This document shows positions 59,216 to 64,000 of a stretch of DNA of 64,000 nt, piece by piece. The notes under the pieces were generated by a model. The model was not told the origin of the DNA and did not search any database. It saw only the letters and a list, made by a program, of their open reading frames with translations. The translations under genes were made by a program, and so were the position numbers. The DNA is from Selaginella moellendorffii (lineage: Eukaryota; Plantae; Lycopodiophyta). The stretch's first letter is position 1. The number at the start of each line of letters is the position of its first letter. The stretch is from assembly GCF_000143415.4 (NCBI RefSeq), contig NW_003314281.1, positions 608,833 through 672,832 of the forward strand. Reading direction: 5' to 3'.

Positions 59216-62200
59216 TTCAAAGGTGATGAGCTTTTTTTGGCGCTAGGGATGATTGGCTTGATTCTATACTTGCTGCTCAGTGCCTTTGCACATCGAAGTG
59301 CCTTGATACAACACCTCAAACATCTAGCATATCAAAACCTCAAGCATTGCAAAAAAGAGGCTCATCCTCCTCCTCGTCATTGGCCTCCTGGCCAGCAAGT
59401 GCCATGCCCAGGATCAAAGAGCTAATTGCTCTGATACTATGAAAGTAGTGGAAAGATAATGCATATAAAAAGGAAGAACATTGTATCTCAATTATATACA
59501 TATACATAAAACTATATAACATATCATCTCTACCTTTAACATTCTCTTCTCAGCCTGTTCAGAATAGTGAGACCAATGAGGATTTTAATGTTCCATGGCA
59601 AGGAGTTACAATATAAACATTCTTACAATGTTTCTTCTTTTCTCAACATGCCAAGAACAATGAGACTAGCGAGGATTTGAGCATACAAGGTGCTGGCATA
59701 GAAGTTCTAATGTAGGTGTTCCCTTGTCAATGTCTCTCAAGTGGAATGGCATTGGATGATGGGTAATTGGCAAAGCGAGGCTAAGTGTTTGGATGAAGAT
59801 TTGGGTGTTTGCAACTAGACAATATGATATTGCGAGGAGATGTGGGCTCTAAAGGGCCATGGCAGTGAAGCGTCCTTCTCAAAGAGAGAAATTGGGTACT
59901 TTGGGAAATTGTGTTCTATGATGGATATAGTATGTCGAAAGACAGCTCGATATTGGTTGTGTGGAAAATGTAGATGTGTTCCCAGATTGTTGCAAGTTCA
60001 TAGATGTTGGTATGACTTATCAATTGATTGCATATATGTATTGCTCTAGTATGATATTTTGGCACGTTGACTTCTCCAATCGGACAAACTTAAGATGCCC
60101 ATTGGGTGGGCATCGAATGGTACATGACATGGGCCATACCTCTGGGGCATGCATGTGTCATGGATGATCCATTGATGAATCTCATCAGCATGTCAAGGAT
60201 TTAGCGAGGAGTCAAGTAAGTTTTAGTATGCTCTCCTTTGAAGCCACTTTAATTTCTATAGTGTGGCAGCCAATTGTTGCAATAGTGAAATTAGTTTGGA
60301 TTTTAATGGTAACTAGAATTGTTTGAGCCTAAGATTGTATCAATTAATATATTTTTACTCCAACCCAAATCATTTCATTCCTATCATAATCAAGTGTAGT
60401 GCTGAAAGATGAACAAAGTGTGGTGACTCTATTGAGCTACAATTTCAACTCTTCTTCAATTAGTAAGAGTGAAGATGGAGAAAGCAACATTTTAGTAGTG
60501 AGTAAATAAATTTTTTAAATATGCAAAACTTTAATAATTTTTTACAATTAAGGGAATTTACTATTATGTTATCATGCAAATCATGCAGCCAACAATTTAT
60601 ATATTGGTGGTCCATTAAAATTGGGGGTGGGTGTATACTATAGGATTCAGATAGAGGAAGTCCTTCACCACATTTGGACCATGAATTGTGTTGGGACAAA
60701 TTAGGGGTCTTGTTATCAAGTAATTAGTTAGTGTTCTTTTCATTCAAATTATAGGCTATGACAATGTTCATTCCTATATAACCAATAGTAAATTCTAATT
60801 TCTCCTATGACTATATGAGCACATGTTGACTATGTGGGGTAATGGGTTGAATTTATATTGAAGATGTTGCAATTAATATAGATTGGTAGCCATAAATGGA
60901 ACTCTAATGAATCTATCACAAAATGGTGGAGTGATAGTTAGAGTTGCTTGACAAGCCACATATTCTTACCTTTGATTACCTCATAAATCCACCACTTCTA
61001 GTTGTCAGTAAATCCTAATCTAAGAACCAAGCACCTCTGGAGTTATCTCATATTGATCATCTAAAACACCTAAAGTAGTGGCAAAATTGTAAGTAGCCAC
61101 TCTCCCCATTGCACTTTGGTTGTTAAACAGAATTTTCCAAATAATTGCTACCATGCAATGGTTAACGACTTCTTCATAGTCAAACTTGATGTCCACCAGC
61201 CTTGAGGGTCCATTAATCTTGATATCCACCAGCCAGAGTGTAATCCATGGCCTTGATGAAGCAAGAGTTGCTTTTGGTGATGAGTGAAGGATGTTTTGTC
61301 GTCATTGGTGAGTAATGGCTTTTATTCAATAAATCATAGGGCAAGTCATTCAACAAGTTTGTGGAGACCACAAGCAAGTAAATACTCCAAACCTTTTATA
61401 TTAGCTGTAAATAATGAATCTTTGCTCGTGAAAAACTATTATAGGGTTTGAGTTTTATGTCAAAGATAAAAGTTAAATGGCTAATATATATAAATTGCAT
61501 TGGCAAAAGTTTTCTTTATAAGCCCAACCTTCTAGGCTACATACTTATCTTGTAGAGTCCTTTGGACTTACATGTAGTATTGTGGGTAGAGTTGTATCTT
61601 CTGAAGTGGCCAAAGACACTTATTATTGTGTTGCATGCTAGAAACTTTCTCAGTGTAATATGTTTTTATATGTTTTGAAATATATATACCAAAGGTGGTG
61701 ACATATGTACTACATTTGCACTAGCAAAAGCTAAAAGGAGATTATAACACATTTGAGTGAACACGTACAGAACATCTAGCAAATCAATAGAAAACACACA
61801 AAGAGAATGAATGTACTCAAGAGCATGTCCAGGTTTGTCTTTCTTGACCTTCTTCAGTTTGTAACACTTGTAGGCATTCATACAAGTATAGAGATGATGC
61901 AAAATATGTATCACTTGTTCAATCAAGAATCAAAATAAGTATTTATGGTGATTTTACTCTTATAATTGTGTAGATTTTACACTTTGGATCAGATTGGATA
62001 CATTGGGTGCTATGTTTCTAGGCATTAACTTTGCTTTTAATATGGTCTTTATTCAATTGACCACCTCATAATTCACACAAATCAGGTGACTAATCTATGA
62101 CTTGTGTTATGGTTAACTTCAAAAATGTTTTACAATGACATGTCATTTGGATATTCAAGAGCTTTGGCCTCTGGTTGGATCAAGCCCATTAAATTTAAGA

Positions 62201-63566
62201 GCAAGAGTATTGATTAATTGAGGGATTGGAATGCTTGAAATCTGTAGTATAGGGGGATTGTAACTTAAATACATGAGCAAGCCATGCTAGAGGGGTGGGT
62301 GTTGTGGCAGCATGTAAACAGTCAAATGCAATGGGATGTAATTGTCTCTTCACCGTACCTCATTTATATTTTTTATCATGCCACATTCAATTAATTCTAA
62401 TAATCTTGTAGTTCAATCCAATTAGTCTTTGATTTCCTTGATTTGGGATTGATAAGATGATGTTTTATTTAATTATATATATAAAGAATAACATTTTTAC
62501 TATTGAGCGAAAGTTAATTAACTTTCACAATGGAAGTAAAAAAAACATCCACTTCCTCCTTCCTTTTCACATGTTGAAGTAGTTTAAAAATGTTAAGTTT
62601 GCCCAAAGATAATAGTTTTTTTGTGAATTTAATTAAAAATTCAAAATTAGTAAACAATTTAAAACTTAGAAATTCTTAATTGTCATTTAAATTGTTCATC
62701 TTTTGAATTTAGTGTGCCTTTTATTTTTTCTTTTTATTTTCCTAGCCTCCTTAATTTTTATTTTAAATTCTAACTAACAATTTAAACCACCACTGCCTAA
62801 AAAACAATAATGTTTCTTCTTTTTCTTGAAGAGATACCAAGAATTTCGCTAGACTAATTAATTTGTTTTTTCGGCAATTCATAAATTACAGACCTTACAG
62901 AATATTTTTAAATATTTTAATTTTAATGTTAACATTGGGATTTTAGGAAAAAATGCTAGTCTAATTTAATATTTATTTTTGGTGTGAATAAATTAATATT
63001 AAATTAAAGTCTATAAAAATGGTGTGAACACTTTACTATTAAATTAATTAGTTCCAAGGATTTTATTTTGTATGTTGGCTTTTTGAATTAGTAATGAAGA
63101 ATTTTTAAAAAAAAATTTAATTTTATTAATTTTTTTATATAGTGTTTTTCGCTAAAACTTTAATATGCTGTATAGTAGATATATATTTTTTCTTAATGCT
63201 GATCATGAATTTTAAGGGAAAATAAAGAGATTGATCATTATAATTTTAAAATTCTCAAAATAAAAATAAAGTTTCTTATAGTCGGAATAAATATGGATAT
63301 ATATTGTTTTTGAAATTTTTTCTAGAGGAAATTTATTTAAAGTAACATTACTCAATTTTGGCATCAAACATTCAAAATGTGTTAAAAATAATTAATTGTG
63401 CTAAAGAAGTAATATTAAAATATAATTTTAAGATTTACATGGTTGTTATAACCTTTAATTAAGGTAAATATTTTTATTATTATTTAAGATGTTAATTTGT
63501 TTTAAAGGTTGAACATTTATAAAATTTATGTGTTTTGGGAAGTAAAAAAGAGGATTTGTGATCAAT

Positions 63567-63851
63567 CCTAAATGTGAATAAAATACATTAATGTGAATTA
63601 AGTATGAATAGGAATATATTAAACTAACTAATTGAATGGGTATATAAACCATTCATCATTAATTTAGGTGTTTTTAAAAAAATATTAAATGGTACTATTA
63701 ACTAATATCCTAAATGTGAATAAAATACATTAATGTGAATTAAGTATGAATATGAATAGATTAAACTAACTAATTGAATGGGTATATAAACCATTCATCA
63801 TTAATTTAGGTGTTTTTAAAAAAAATATTAAATGGTACTATTAACTAATAT
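63567..63851. repeat. Tandem duplication of a ~142-bp AT-rich unit
   Basis: CCTAAATGTGAATAAAATACATTAATGTGAATTAAGTATGAATA...GGTACTATTAACTAATAT starts at 63567 and again at 63709. Confidence 0.92.
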
Positions 63852-63874
63852 TGATGTGAAAACAATCTTTTGTA

Positions 63875-64000
63875 GCATTGGGCCTGAAATGCCATAGCAT
63901 CCGCAACCCCTATGTGGGTGTGCTCAACCCAAAGCAACTTGGTGAAGTTGTCAACAAAATCAAGCTCCCAAAGTTCAAACTTAAACAGGGGGTGAAGATT
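63875..64000 (+). pseudogene. UBA1-like gene fragment, copy 2 (runs off the window)
   Basis: NPKQLGEVVNKIKLPKFKLKQGVKI; DNA closely similar to 58938-59007. Confidence 0.55.

Noticed and set aside
31130-63851. Repeats considered as CRISPR arrays or prokaryotic systems
   Set aside because: All are two- to four-copy duplications without unique spacers; the DNA is intron-rich plant nuclear sequence with no cas genes.

Overview
Gene-dense eukaryotic nuclear DNA with very short (about 50-80 nt) GT-AG introns, many PLS-class PPR genes and tiny intergenic gaps. This best fits a lycophyte such as Selaginella (inference from architecture, not a database match). About 17 apparently intact genes were reconstructed by hand: two PLS-E PPRs, a class I RSL bHLH, CstF64, a PRD3/PAIR1-like gene, FMT, a divergent PDF1A, a DHRS12-like SDR, an intron-poor Argonaute, plastid IF2, a trypsin-like serine protease, a B3/REM factor, a DUF4708-SAP protein, RAE1, a TOPORS-like RING E3, a phosducin-like protein and a GT37 fucosyltransferase. 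The window also holds a tRNA-Thr(UGU), several pseudogenes, a hAT remnant and a MITE-like foldback. Four things stand out. (1) A six-exon, 702-aa ORF fuses an invertebrate-type (destabilase) lysozyme domain to a NACK/kinesin-7 C-terminal (DUF3490-like) domain, within a shuffled local duplication. (2) FMT and PDF sit head-to-head, echoing the bacterial def-fmt pair, with IF2 nearby and substituted PDF motifs. (3) A six-exon trypsin-like protease carries a C-terminal NLS-like motif. (4) An ARM-repeat gene has its middle segment inverted. All family assignments are from recalled motifs; no searches were run.
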